NCBI RefSeq assembly: GCF_964204645.1
Contig: NC_134035.1
Location: 13,824,686-13,888,685 of the forward strand
Reading direction: 5' to 3'
Source of the DNA: Tubulanus polymorphus
Lineage: Eukaryota > Animalia > Nemertea
DNA length: 64,000 nt
The notes beneath the pieces are model-generated. The model saw nothing but the letters and a program-made list of their open reading frames with translations. It did no database searches and was not told the DNA's origin. Position numbers and translations under genes: made by a program. Every line of letters starts with the position of its first letter. Positions within the stretch are counted from its first letter, which is position 1. Shown here one piece after another: positions 1-16,217 of this stretch.

Positions 1-2170
1 CCAAAATCTACTCGCCCTGATGAGAATATACTTGTCGCGGGTAATTGGACAAGTGATTAGATCGGACCCTCAATCCTACCACCACCCCTACATCCCTCCC
101 ACCCTCCCGGACCCCTTCCCTCCCCCTTCCCTCCCGCCCTCCCTCTACCCCTTCCCTCCCCCCAACCCTACCCACCCTCCCCAAACCCCATGGTTAGGTG
201 AGTTGAAATGTTCTGATGTTTTAGTTAGATGGATGGGAATCTAATGAAGATGAGAGAACATTAAATCACTGTTCAATCACAGGATGAAGTAATGCAGTGA
301 TCTGTACTCTGTATCTGTACACAATGTTACATGTATCTGTAACTGTACAATCAGTATGAAATAAGTACAGCAGTTTAATCTATAGAAATTCTAACTCTTA
401 AGATACACATGATCTGATTATCACGAAGGAACATGATTGATAACTAGTTGTATTATTGACATCAGGAACCAGTTTCATATTGATTAGAAATAACATTTGA
501 GTTGATCACAATTTAGAAAACCTGTAAACCCGCTTACAGAAATAACAATCCCAACCATGAACTGATTATAGCCAAATATTCACCAAAAGAAATTTGAAAT
601 GATTGAATAAATGCAACAGGTTTTTGTGATTTCATTTCAAAACATAGTTTATAACAAACACTATAAAACTGGTCCCTTTAAAATCAATTCAACAACCGAT
701 GATGAATAGGTAAATGTAACTTATCTTGAATTTCCTAGTGATTCCCGAGTCCTTGTTATCCTGTGCTGAATCCAAGAGTGATTACTGATGTCCTTTGCTG
801 AATCCAAGAGTGATTACTGATGTCCTGTGCTGAATTCAAGAGTGATTACTGATGTCCTGTGCGAAACCAAAAAAGTCTGATTGTGAAACACTGATTCCTT
901 GTTGTCCTGTGCAGAATCTAAGAGTGATTCTTGTTTTCCTGTGCTGAATCATAATTCCCGTTGAACATGTTGAAGTGATACCTATAATAGACAAATAAAA
1001 GGTAGTTTTCTATCTTAGAAATAACTGCAGAAATATCAAATATAAAATTCCAGTGGCTTTGGAAGTGCAGCGGCAATAATTTACTGAATGACATTTTTTT
1101 TCTATGAATACCACGTTTGGAAGAAATTAGGCCTAAGTTAATTCGCCGCAACAATATTTAGAACCTGTCCAAAATCGGCATTTGGCCGCAGCAATCAAAA
1201 ATTGCTTCCAACTCGCCTGAATTCAAACTTACAAATTAAATTGTTCGCTCCAATCTGCAGTTCATTCATTCACAGGGTTTTTCTATCCACAGTTTAGGTT
1301 TTGTATCTAGAGTTGAACATGAAATATAAACAAGAAAGTAATGAAGGAACATGAACAGTTTAAATACTATCCGTTTCTGAAACTGATGGAAAAAACACTT
1401 AAAAGATGAAACAAAACTGACACTGTTTTCACTGTTTGATGTAATCAGTTCTCCAGGTTCGGACGACGATGTCAATTGTTTATAAAATAGTTTTACACAT
1501 CTACAAATGAAAACAGAAAGTATCAAAATGATACAGAAATGAAAAAATAGAATGAATTCAAACCAGGCACCAAAACTAATTCACAATTTGAAGAATCATT
1601 CTACAGCGAGGTGAACCCCATCTAGAAATATTGGGGGGGGGGGGAAGGCGATACATCGGCTCTCAGGGCCCCATATTCTAAATTCCTGGATCCACCCATG
1701 GTCATTCAATCCATCACTGTTCCTTCTCAAGCTGCTTTTTCTTTTGTCACGCTTGACTAACCGCCACCACGATGTGCACCTTTGTGCCTATGAAATATGG
1801 TTACCCACAATATCTGAGATGGAATATTTTTCGCCATTTAAACCAATGTTACAAACACTTACCGAATATTAAAATACTGATTTCAGGGGTCGGGAAGGAG
1901 GGTGGCAATGTTGTAATAAGGTGAGGTTTTTGCTTAATTTCGTGTTATGGTAAAGCACGCCATTTTGATAATACGTCATAGTGTACCTCGGATTGGGATT
2001 CCCGCGAATGTCAAAATGTACAATGTTGGTATCGAGTTTCAATCGAGAGGTCGAATCCCGATATAGGGAGATTCTCAACAGCAGCGGCTATAGCCACACT
2101 CTCTGTACAATTTTCGATTAGATTGGGTTTCTACGCAATATTCCAAAGAATTTATTCTTGACCACGCTCC
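1..2170 (+). repeat. ~2-kb direct duplication, copy 1 (truncated by the window edge)
   Basis: Near-identical to 13995-16032 apart from small indels. Confidence 0.9.
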
Positions 2171-3035
2171 GGCGCCGCAGTCGAGTAGTTCTCTGTCAGC
2201 TTGCTTTCATCAGGCTGGGAAAATGTATTCATAGTGTCTAGTCAGTTCTGCCAAAATCCAATAGATGGCGATCGTAGCATCATTATCAAACTTAGTGGAC
2301 GTCCCGGGTTCGAACCCAGTAATTACTGACACTGATTCAGAGTGGTCCTGATGCTGAGTAGAGAATGTACAGGGGTGTCCCCGGTTCGAACCGGGTTCAG
2401 AGTGGTCCTGATGCTGAATAGCACGGGTGACGGACAGCCTGGGCCACTAAAAGTTTTCCGGCGTGAACTTTCGGCCCCGGCCCTCGCTGTGGGACCCACG
2501 CCGGGAGAACATGGTCCGATAGAAAATAAATTATGCAGTATACCAGGGAAGTGTGATGTCATCACACTTCCCTGAGTATACAAAGGATCTGTTAGTATTT
2601 GTTTTTACTGCACGCGCGGCCCGCCCTATATCAGGAACTCACCCGCCACACCCGTTCAGCCCGTATATAATCAAAACCCAGTGCAAGGGCTCCTCGGGGG
2701 GTCTTTGACGCCAAAATATCTATTAAAAAACTATTAGAAAATCATTCAGTAGAACACTAAAAGGTCAAAATCTATGTAACTTTCGGAGAAGATAGGACAC
2801 TATTCATGGGCTACGCCGAGTCCGGTTCTGTTGTTGCCCGGTACCAAGGCTCCTTGGGGATCGCCCCAAACACCGTCAAAAATATTGTTTAAGAATTTGA
2901 TAAATAAAATACGAAACCGGTCATCAATGTGTCTGAAACGTTCAGGGAAGATAGACCTAGTCAAACAATTGAATGAGTTATTGTTTATGTAGTGTGTAAT
3001 GGTATCATTCATAAACGAATGTTACAGGCCGCTAA

Positions 3036-3515
3036 CCATCTCGTGCCCCTGGGGAATAGCCATCTCGTGCCCCTGGGGAATAGCAATCTCGTGCCCCTGG
3101 GGAATAGCCATCACGTGCCCCTGGGGAATTGCCATCTCGTACCCCTGGGGAATAGCCATCTCGTGCCCCTGGGGAATAGCCATCTCGTGCCCCTGGGGAA
3201 TAGCCATCACGTGCCCCTGGGGAATAGCCATCTCGTGCCCCTGGGGAATAGCAATCTCGTGCCCCTGGGGAATAGCCATCTCGTGCCCCTGGGGAATAGC
3301 CATCTTTAGTCGTGCCCCTGGGGAATAGCCATCTCGTGCCCCTGGGGAATAGCAATCTCGTGCCCCTGGGGAATAGCCATCTCGTGCCCCTGGGGAATAG
3401 CCATCTCGTGCCCCTGGGGAATAGCCATCACGTGCCCCTGGGGAATAGCCATCTCGTGCCCCTGGGGAAAAGCAATCTCGTGCCCCTGGGGAATAGCCAT
3501 CTCGTGCCCCTGGGG
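3036..3515. repeat. 24-bp minisatellite, ~20 copies
   Basis: Unit ccatctcgtgcccctggggaatag. Confidence 0.95.
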
Positions 3516-3796
3516 ATCTTGTTGTTTATTATTTGTGAAGGTTTCGCTCGCAAACTATAACAAATACACAGAATAAAAGACATCACTTAGAAAGAGAATT
3601 GTAATTGAGGAATTCTTTTTATAGATTAAATCCATCGCGCTTTATCTCAAGGAAGCTATATCTAGTATTCAATCAACACGAAAGGAAATATCTTTATTGA
3701 AAAAAATGTACAGACATATACAAAAATAATGAACTCAACTTTTCTCAGCAGCAATAAAAAGAGACCCTAACCCTCGGTCCAGTAAAACCCTAGCCT

Positions 3797-3862
3797 AAGC
3801 CCGGCTGAGACTCGAACTCAGGACTCGCACGTGCAAACCTAGAATGTCTACCACTAGACCAT
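3797..3862 (-). mobile_element. tRNA-derived SINE head or tRNA pseudogene
   Basis: A box TGGTCTAGTGG and B box GAGTTCGAGTC at tRNA-like spacing. No convincing acceptor stem. Confidence 0.5.
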
Positions 3863-3917
3863 AGAATTCTGGTGATTATTGTGGTCTGTCTAAAGTACGT
3901 TCACTGCGTTTATAAAA

Positions 3918-4283
3918 ACAGGCCAACACTAGGGTTTCTGCGTTTATTCACCAGGCAAGAACTAGGATTTCTGCGTTTATTTAGGCAGGCCAACACTAGG
4001 GTAACTACGTTTATTTGAGCAGGCCAACACTAGGGTTACTACGTTTATTTAAGCAGGCCAACACTAGGGTTACTGCGTTTATTTAGGCAGGCCAACACTA
4101 GGGTAACTACGTTTATTTGAGCAGGCCAACACTAGGGTTACTACGTTTATTTAAGCAGGCCAACACTAGGGTTTCTACGTTTATTTAAGCAGGCCAACAC
4201 TAGGGTAACTACGTTTATTTGAGCAGGCCAACACTAGGGTTTCTACGTTTATTTAAGCAGGCCAACACTAGGGTTTCTGCGTT
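3918..4283. repeat. 34-bp minisatellite, ~10 copies
   Basis: Unit gcaggccaacactagggttactacgtttatttaa. Confidence 0.93.
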
Positions 4284-4352
4284 TCACCACTAGGGTAACT
4301 AAAATAATTGCCAAAAAGTTTATCTCAAAATATGCGATGTTTATTTCAATAG

Positions 4353-4640
4353 TCCTCGCATACCAGGGTAAGAATCAATAAACCCTCGCATGCCAGAGTA
4401 AGAATCAATAAACCCTCGCATGCCAGGGTAAGAATCAATGAACCCTCGCATGCCAGGGTAAGAATCAATGAACCCTCGCATGCCAGGGTAAGAATCAATG
4501 AACCCTCGCATGCCAGGGTAAGAATCAATGAATCCTCGCATGCCAGGGTAAGAATAATAACTTTACATGCCAGGGTAAGAATCAATGAATCCTCGCATGC
4601 CAGGGTAAGAATAATAACTTTACATGCCAGGGTAAGAATA
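4353..4640. repeat. 30-bp minisatellite
   Basis: Unit aaccctcgcatgccagggtaagaatcaatg. Confidence 0.93.
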
Positions 4641-6529
4641 AATGAATGGCACCTCGCGTGAGCAACTTTATGTACCGAACACCAGGGGTCGCAGTTTCAC
4701 AGAAACGATCAATATTTCGACTGAATTCAAGTGAAGAAATTAATGTGTTTAGGAGACCTGGGGTCAAGTCTCATAAAAGGACAAGTAGATTAATTTAATT
4801 TCTTCATTCAGTCAGTTTTTCGTTGTAGTTAATCGTATATGTGAAACCGTACCCGTGGTAGGATTTGGTTTATGATGCGAGGGTTTCAATCAGATTTAGA
4901 TGCTACAGTTTAACACACTAAATAGCGAGTACGGTATTTAATCCCGTAGAGTCCAGTTTCACAGAGAAAGGATGAATCAACTTTAAAGTGCAATTCAACA
5001 ATTCAATGCCGAAAGGACCCTTGGCTAAATTTCATTGGTTTGTGAAACTGGATCCACCAGGGCTCAGTTCCTTCAAAACTTAACTAAGATATTTATTCAT
5101 TGAGGTGGTAAACTCGAATTGAGCAAAGTTTTTTGAGTAAATTATTTCTATGAAACTGAACCCGTGGGATTTACGTGTGACGCACTGAGTGTGTGAAACT
5201 GCTGGCGTCTGTAATCATAACTAAAACAACACAGATAATTCATCTTTATTTCAAATAAAACAGTAACATAGTCCCATAATAAAGAAAACCTGTTGATATT
5301 TCAACTACTTGGTTTCATTGATCGTGAGACTTAACAAAATATGTCCATTTAACAAAATATGTCCATTTACAATATTACATAAGTTTATACATTTACAAAT
5401 TCAAGTTTTTGGTTTCATTGATTGTGGGACTTAAAATAATGTCCATTTACATGATACAAATCTAATACAAAACCAGACTAATGAAACCGGGTCCCGAGGT
5501 ACAAATAATTACAAACTAATGCAGTTACATGGAGTGCGTAAATAATCTCATGCCCTTGATCCATCTCAGAAAGCCCATCATTAGGGTTTTCTCTCAATTG
5601 GCGAGGCAGAAAACCCGTTATCGCTGCTTTGCAACTATATTGAATCTAAAATTAAATCAATCAATTTTAAGTAAAAATTAAAACCCACTTTACACAAATT
5701 TAAAAGGATTTGAAGACACAACATTTATGAGTCTCTCTAGAGACCATCGTAAAGTCTGAAGAAATAACTAAAACAGGAAAAATTGAGAGGGAAAAACAAG
5801 TTAATTGAGAAAAGTAAAGCTAGAGGTTGTTAAGTGCTTGGGTTGAGAGGTTTTTTGTGCATAGATTGTTCTAGTTATTTCTTCATCTACTTTAATTATT
5901 TTGATTTTGATTCTTGATAAATAAATTACGCGTTTAATCTTTTAAATTTGCATATAGCAGGGTTTAAATCATATATTCTATGCCCGAGTCAGGCTATTTA
6001 TCAGCAAAAATTACACCACAGCTTTGAGAGACGAATCAGGGGATGACTCTATTGTTTTTATGGATATGTTGTACGCAGTCTATGAAACCATCACAAACAG
6101 ACCAACAGTCGCCTGCCTGTGCTGACCAACACAATATAGACCCAGTAATATATTTGACTTTAAACATTAAAATTGCAGATCTCGAAAATAAGTGGCAGCA
6201 AATCAATCTGCAGGTAGATGGCTGATCGCTGTCCTTGTCTAATGGAATCCATCTCGTCCTAGAATAGAAAGAAAAGTTGCGTCTGCAGATATTACATTAA
6301 CAATGTTTGATTGAATTAACAGTCATGTGGGAATTGAAAGTTGATCAAATATCGAATAATGGTGTTGAATTATCTAGAACTATAACTCTGTTATCATGAA
6401 ATAATTTCGGAAACTAATTCCCACCTTGACTATTCAATATTTGATCAACTTTCAAACTGTTCTATTGGACAAATTCCATGCTGCAAAAAAACATCCCAGC
6501 GACAAAACAAAATTACATCACATAAGAGC

Positions 6530-9670
<3,141 letters not shown>

Positions 9671-10322
9671 ATTTTCGTCAATGTTTTTAAGCCAGCGGTA
9701 TTTGAGGTTGACTGCGTTGGGCGCCAAAACCTCCATAGGTCTGTTCACTGAAAATATGTATGGAAAACATAAAGATCTTGATAATTCCAGTTTTGATCAG
9801 GAAATAAATACATTTTAACAATTGAAAACTCACTTCAAACTAAGCAGTGATCTTTGAGTGATTGAATGCTGGAAACAGATAGAATAATTTATATAGACCA
9901 GTTCTCTAAAAATAATGAATTTCCAGGTCTTACCTGCTACTGTTGTTGCAGCTGCTGGTGGTGGTGGTGCTGCTGCTGTCGTTCCTGGTGCTGCTGCTGT
10001 TGTTGCTGGTTGTGCTGCTGCTGGTACTGCTGGTGAGTTAAGTAGCTGCAGCTGCTGTGTGTGTCTCATCCTGAAAATGAGAGTAAAACATTAGCTGTTA
10101 GTTCAAAAGTGATTCGAAATATTGACAGAGACTGTGAAGAATTCTGTAGAGAAATTCATTACCAGTTTTGTACTTACCTTTAAATGAGCCTGTTTAGATA
10201 GTAAATTATATTGCATTCATTTCATTCTGAAAAGGAAAAGAAACAATAATCAGTGACAATAGAGCAGAATGTAACATCTCAAATTATCAATCAATCAGAC
10301 AGAAACAGTACAGGATTTCTGT

Positions 10323-10512
10323 GGATTAAACTGCTGTACTTATTTCATACTGATTGAACAGTTACAGATACATGTAACATTGTGTACAGATACAGAGTAC
10401 AGATCACTGCATTACTTCATCCTGTGATTGAACAGTGATTTAATGTTCTCTCATCTTCATTAGATTCCCATCTGTCTAACTAAACCATCAGAACATTTTA
10501 ACTCATCTAACC
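10323..10512 (-). repeat. Inverted partial copy of the 2-kb duplicated unit
   Basis: Reverse complement of ~192-385 and ~14247-14435. Confidence 0.85.
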
Positions 10513-11265
10513 TCCCGACCCGACCCTCCCAGACCCCATCCCTCCCGCCCTCCCGGACCCCTTCCCTCCCGCCCGCCCTTACCCCTTCCCTCCCCCCTCC
10601 CGGACCCCTTCCCTCCCGCCCGCCCTCACCCTTCCCTCCCGCCCTCCCTCACCCCTTCCCTCCCGCCCTCCCTCAATGCCCTCCCACCTAGCCCTCCCTC
10701 AATGCCCTCCCTCAATACCCTCCCACCTAGCCCTCCCATCATGCCTCCTGTCTCCTCTTCAGACTCCACTCATCTGTACAATAACTACAATACGATTTGC
10801 CATTTTTCATGATCATATCAATTTCATATCAAACCAAACCTGAGGATTTAACTATAATGTTTTAAGGGAGGGGGAGGTATACGGAGGGTTCACCCGAACC
10901 AAGGAAATAAGCCCGAACCAAACCTCTACTCACAAAATGTCGAGAGAAAGGCAAACACAAACCAAGGACAAGAACGATGTGGGATCAAAACAAATTAATG
11001 CTATTAATGTTGCTTCACTAATTCAACGTCGTCTCAGTAGATGAGATATTTCTATACTCTGTACAACAGGTTGTAAAAAGTTGTTTTATGGAATCTTATT
11101 CATAAGATTTACTAATCAATGTTTATAAACTGCTGGTGCAAAATATATTCGTCATATTCGTCATTGATTGTCTTTTCAAGTTAACACTTGAACCCAGTGG
11201 AACAAATCAAACTCCAGCCATTTTTCCGCCATTTGCCATTTTTCGTTTTTACTCTTTTCTTTGAC

Positions 11266-11460
11266 TTGAGTCGAGGTAGGAATAGACCCCTGCCCACTCC
11301 TTAAGCGTGCAGGACACTAAACCTTCGAATTGCTCTCGGACCCCACTCTTTATATTTTATTTTCATTTTTTTGAGTCGAGGTAGGGATAGACCCCTGCCC
11401 GCCCTCTAAGCGAGCAGGACACTAAACCTTCGAATTGCTCTCGGACCCCACTCTTTATAT
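11266..11460. repeat. Two tandem ~90-bp copies, possibly SINE fragments
   Basis: ttgagtcgaggtagg...ggacactaaaccttcgaattgctctcggaccccactctttatat occurs twice. Confidence 0.8.
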
Positions 11461-11779
11461 CAGCATTTCATGCTGTTTTATTTTATTCATGCGTTCGCTT
11501 TATATTTTTTCTTTTCATATGGCTTTTCCTTATTTTGTCGTCTCTCTAGAACTCTCATCAGTTCTGACTGGGATCAAGTTTAATCTTTTGGAGACAAACA
11601 GCAAAAGTTCGCGTTAGTTGCACTAGCAGCAGCAGCAGCAGCTGCTGCAGTTGCACCAGCAGCGACACTGATACAGATGAATCTTTCATTAACTACGTCA
11701 TTAGTTCCACACAAATCATTTCATTCTCAAATACTGAGTCGTGAAGGCAACAGAAATAACTTATAAAATCTTTCATTCA

Positions 11780-12320
11780 CGGCCCTGGTTTGGTGACCAA
11801 GAGTCAAAGTTTGGTTCATAGCCCAGGTTTGGTGACCTAAGAGTCAAAGTTTGGTTTATGGCCCTTGTTTGGTGACCAAGAGTCAAAATTTGGTTCACAG
11901 CCCTGGTTTGGTGACCAAAGAGTCAAAGTTTGGTTCATTGCCCAGGTTTGGAAACCAAAGAGTCAAAGTTTGGTTCACATATCTGTTTTGGTGACCAAAG
12001 AGTCAAAGGTTGGTTCATAGCCCAGGTTTGGAAACCAAAGAGTCAAAGTTTGGTTCACAGATCTGTTTTGGTGACCAAAGAGTCAAAGGTTGGTTCATAG
12101 CCTAGGTTTGGTGACCAAAGAGTCAAAGTTTGGTTCATGGCCCTGGTTTGGTGACCAAAGAGTCAAAGTTTTGTTCACAGATCTGTTTTGGAGACCAAAG
12201 AGTCAAAGTTTGGTTCATAGCCCAGGTTTGGAAACCAAAGAGTCAAAGTTTGGTTCATAGCCCTGTTTTGTGGTGACCAAAGAGTCAAAATTTGGTCTAT
12301 GGTTCTGATTTGATGACCAC
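11780..12320. repeat. ~40-bp minisatellite, ~13 copies
   Basis: Unit gcccaggtttggtgaccaaagagtcaaagtttggttcata. Confidence 0.93.
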
Positions 12321-13924
12321 AGAGGGTAAATATAGCTGATGGCCCTCGTTGAAGGTAAGTCAGTTTTATGGCCCTGGTTTGATAAGCTAAAGTTTGGTTC
12401 ATGACCGCAGTTATATAAAGGTGGCACTAGAGATGAGTTTTCATATATGGAGCAGTTTTTAGCTATCAAATTGTCACAGAGACCGAACAAACGTAACATT
12501 AGAAATTGAGCGTTGCATATGTTGAACAGGGGAATTGTAAAAAACACCCATCACTCGTATAAACTCAAGAATTACACACTGAATGGGCTAAAAATCTTGT
12601 ACTAAATCATTAAGTGTGAAATAATTCTGACTAATTTGAGTCTACCGGAAAATGATGCATCGATCGAAGTCTAAAAGCTATAAACTGACAAAATTGATCG
12701 AGCGCTGATAATATTTTAAATAACAGCGGAGGATGAAATAACTTTCATAAACTGATATGATCGTGAAAAATGTCAAAATACACTAGATATGTACCCCTCC
12801 CCCCTCTTTATCAAAGTCTTGTTGTAGTAAGAAGATTGCCGTAGCCTTACTGTGAAAACTACATCTGGTTGAATATCATCTGTTTTTACGCCTTTTAAAT
12901 TCAGTAAAATATTTCCTGATAGAAGTATAATTAGTTCGCAGCCCCTTAAATTCTGTCTAGAATAGAATTATAAGTCACAGGTAGAAATAAACTGTCATCA
13001 ATAGAATATCCTGAATATAATAATAGAACAATAGTCTCTCCGTGTCAATCTTTGTCCCACCTATAAATTGTGAAGTTTATTTCAGAAAATGTGTCCTATC
13101 TTTTTGAAAAGGATTCAACTAATTATTAAGGATATCTATCTATGAATAGTGGTATACTGTGCCATGTAAACTGCTGAAGGCAAATGAAGTGTCTGAAAAT
13201 CCATAAAATCGATTTACAAAAAATATCACTTATTCTAATGAGTTCTATACTCTTCTTCAAAAAATGAAGAGTAGGTCTCTGTCTAAGAATCTGCAGTAAA
13301 AGAGGAAGCATGTGAACTGCATCTCGACTCTCGTCGACAATATACAAGTCGTCAGGCCACAGGTCTTTATTTTAGAACCAGTATTTACAGCCTTTTTTAA
13401 AATAGCAAAGAAGAAAATACATCTTTCAGCTGGAAATGTATCAGTAAACGGCCAGATATCAACAGTAATTATTACGTATGATTGTTGTTTCATTGAATTA
13501 TTAATGAAACCGTGTTTTGATCGGAGCCAAGGAGCAGTTTGTAATCATTCAATACCTAAAATAATCGCCCTAAAAATTGAAAAGTCCCCGTTCAAAAATC
13601 TGGGGGCAATTATCTCATAACTATTGAGAGAAGTGACGGTGAAATAACGTGCGCACTCACCGGGGATCAAACCCGGGTCTCATAGAAATAACAACTAGTA
13701 AAATAGAACGAGTCCAATTGGCCGATGGTTATACAGCTTGTCATGCATAACAACTGAAACATGACATGTTGCAGTCACGTGTTTCATAATGATTAATCCT
13801 TTCTTAGAATAATAAAAAGATGGGACACATTTTCTGAAATATCCTGAACTTCAAGACTAAAACTAACGTCAACTAAACCTGTTCCTAAACCCTAAAGCCC
13901 CACCCTATATCCCTCCCTCTAAAG

Positions 13925-14064
13925 CAGGGTCCGATCTAAGGAATGAAAGCCACTTGCCCGGGGGCAAGCATATCTGAAATTTTGCCTGCCCCCTCCAAAA
14001 TCTACTCGCCCTGATGAGAATATACTTGTCGCGGGTAATTGGACAAGTGCTTAGATCGGACCCT
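13925..14064. mobile_element. MITE family 1, short copy
   Basis: Terminal inverted repeats agggtccgatctaag / cttagatcggaccct. Related copies at 1-70 and 35599-35863. Confidence 0.75.
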
Positions 14065-16032
14065 CAATCCTACCACCACCCCTACATCCCTCCCACCCTC
14101 CCGGACCCCTTCCCTCCCGCCCTCCCGGACCCCTAACCCTCCCGCCCTCCCTCACCCCTTCCCTCCCGCCCTCCATCCCCCTTCCCTCCCGCCCTCCCTC
14201 TACCCCTTCCCTCCCCCCAACCCTACCCACCCTCCCCAAACCCCATGGTTAGGTGAGTTGAAATGTTCTGATGTTTTAGTTAGACGGATGGGAATCTAAT
14301 GAAGATGAGAGAACATTAAATCACTGTTCAATCACAGGATGAAGTAATGCAGTGATCTGTACTCTGTATCTGTACACAATGTTACATGTATCTGTAACTG
14401 TTCAATCAGTATGAAATAAGTACAGCAGTTTAATCTACAGAAATTCTAACTCTCAAGATACACATGATCTGATTATCAAGAAGGAACATGATTGATAACA
14501 GTTGTATTATTGACATCAGGAACCAGTTTCATATTGATTAGAAATAACATTTGAGTTGACCACAATTTAGAAAACTTGTAAACCCGCTTACCGAAATAAC
14601 AATCCCAACCATGAACTGATTATAGCCAAATATTCACCGATATAATGAAATTTGAAATGATTGAATAAATGCAACAGGTTTTTGTGATTTCATTTCAAAA
14701 CATGGTTTATAACAAACACTATAAAACTGGTCCCTTTAAAATCAATTCAACAACCGATGATGAATAGGTAAATGTAACTTATCTTGAATTTCCTAGTGAT
14801 TCCCGAGTCCTTGTTATCCTGTGCTGAATCCAAGAGTGATTACTGATGTCCTTTGCTGAATCCAAGAGTGATTACTGATGTCCTTTGCTGAATCCAAGAG
14901 TGATTACTGATGTCCTGTGCGAAACCAAAAAAGTCTGATTGTGAAACACTGATTCCTTGTTGTCCTGTGCTGAATCTAAGAGTGATTCTTGTTTTCCTGT
15001 GCTGAATCATAATTCCCGTTGAACATGTTGAAGTGATACCTATAGTAGACAAATAAAAGGTAGTTTTCTATCTTAGAAATAACTGCAGAAATATCAAATT
15101 TAAAATTCCAGTAGCGTTCCAGTGCAGCGGCAATAATTTACTGAATGACATTTTTTTTCTATGAATACCACGTTTGGAAGAAATTAAGTTAATTCGCCGC
15201 AACAATATTTAGAACCTGTCCAAAATCAGCATTTGGCCGCAGCAATCAAAAATTGCTTCCAACGCGCCTGAATTCAAACTTACAAATTAAATTGTTCGCT
15301 CCAATCTGCAGTTCATTTATTCACAGGGTTTTTCTATCCACAGTTTAGGTTTTGTATCTAGAGTTGAACATGAAATATAAACAAGAAAGTAATGAAGGAA
15401 CATGAACAGTTTAAATACTATCCGTTTCTGAAACTGATGGAAGAAACACTTAAAAGATGAAATAAAACTGACAGTTTACACTTTTTGATGTTATCAGTTC
15501 TCCAGGTTCGGACATCGGCTCTCATGGGCCCCCTATTCTAAATTCCTGGATCCACCCATGGTCATTCAATCCATCACTGTTCCTTCTCAAGCTGCTTTTT
15601 CTTTTGTCACGCTTGACTAACCGCGACCACGATGTGCACCTTTGTGCCTCTGAAATATGGTTACCCACAATATCAGAGATGGAATATTTTTCGCCATTTA
15701 AACCAATGTTACTAACACTTACCGAATATTGAAATACTGATTTCAGGGGGTCGGGAAGGAGGGTGGCAATGTTTGTATTTAGGTGAGGTTTTGCTTAATT
15801 TCGGGTTATGGTAAAGCACGCCATTTTGATAATACGTCATAGTGTACCTCGGATTGGGATTCCCGCGAGTATCAAAATGTACAATGTTTCAATCGAGAGG
15901 TCGAATCCCGATATAGGGAGATCTCTTGCAGGTCTCAGCAGCAGCGGCTATAGCCACACTCTCTGTACAATTTTCGATTAGATTGGGTTTTTGATTCTTC
16001 GCAATATTCAAAGAATTTATTCTTGACCACGC
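13995..16032 (+). repeat. ~2-kb direct duplication, copy 2
   Basis: Collinear with 1-2170. It lacks the segment ~1470-1655 and ends ~190 bp before the TMEM41B ATG. Confidence 0.9.
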
Positions 16033-16190
16033 TGAGTCCGAGATTTGTCAGCTAATTACAAAATATTTGGCCAAACCACTGTCCATACTCCGAGTACGCT
16101 TACGTGTTTTAGTTCGACAAAGTCCATCTAGACTGGTTACCGATCTCGGCGCAGAATCGGCAACCAGTCTAGTAAGGAAATCATCCACGT

Positions 16191-16210
16191 CACCGCCAGA
16201 GGGGGCGCTG
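16191..16210 (+). promoter_or_regulatory. CTCF-consensus site immediately upstream of the TMEM41B ATG
   Basis: caccgccagagggggcgctg matches the CC.CCAG..GGCGC core. Confidence 0.55.
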
Positions 16211-16217
16211 AATCAAA

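Noticed and set aside
3797-3862. Functional tRNA gene (also fragments near 2303 and 13650-13680)
   Set aside because: Promoter boxes or a T-arm only, with no complete cloverleaf.
3036-4640. CRISPR-like arrays (also 11780-12320 and 43416-44160)
   Set aside because: Head-to-tail repeats without unique spacers, no cas genes, eukaryotic context.
11266-11460. snoRNA or ribozyme pair
   Set aside because: A small hairpin is present, but I could not verify C/D, H/ACA or ribozyme core motifs.
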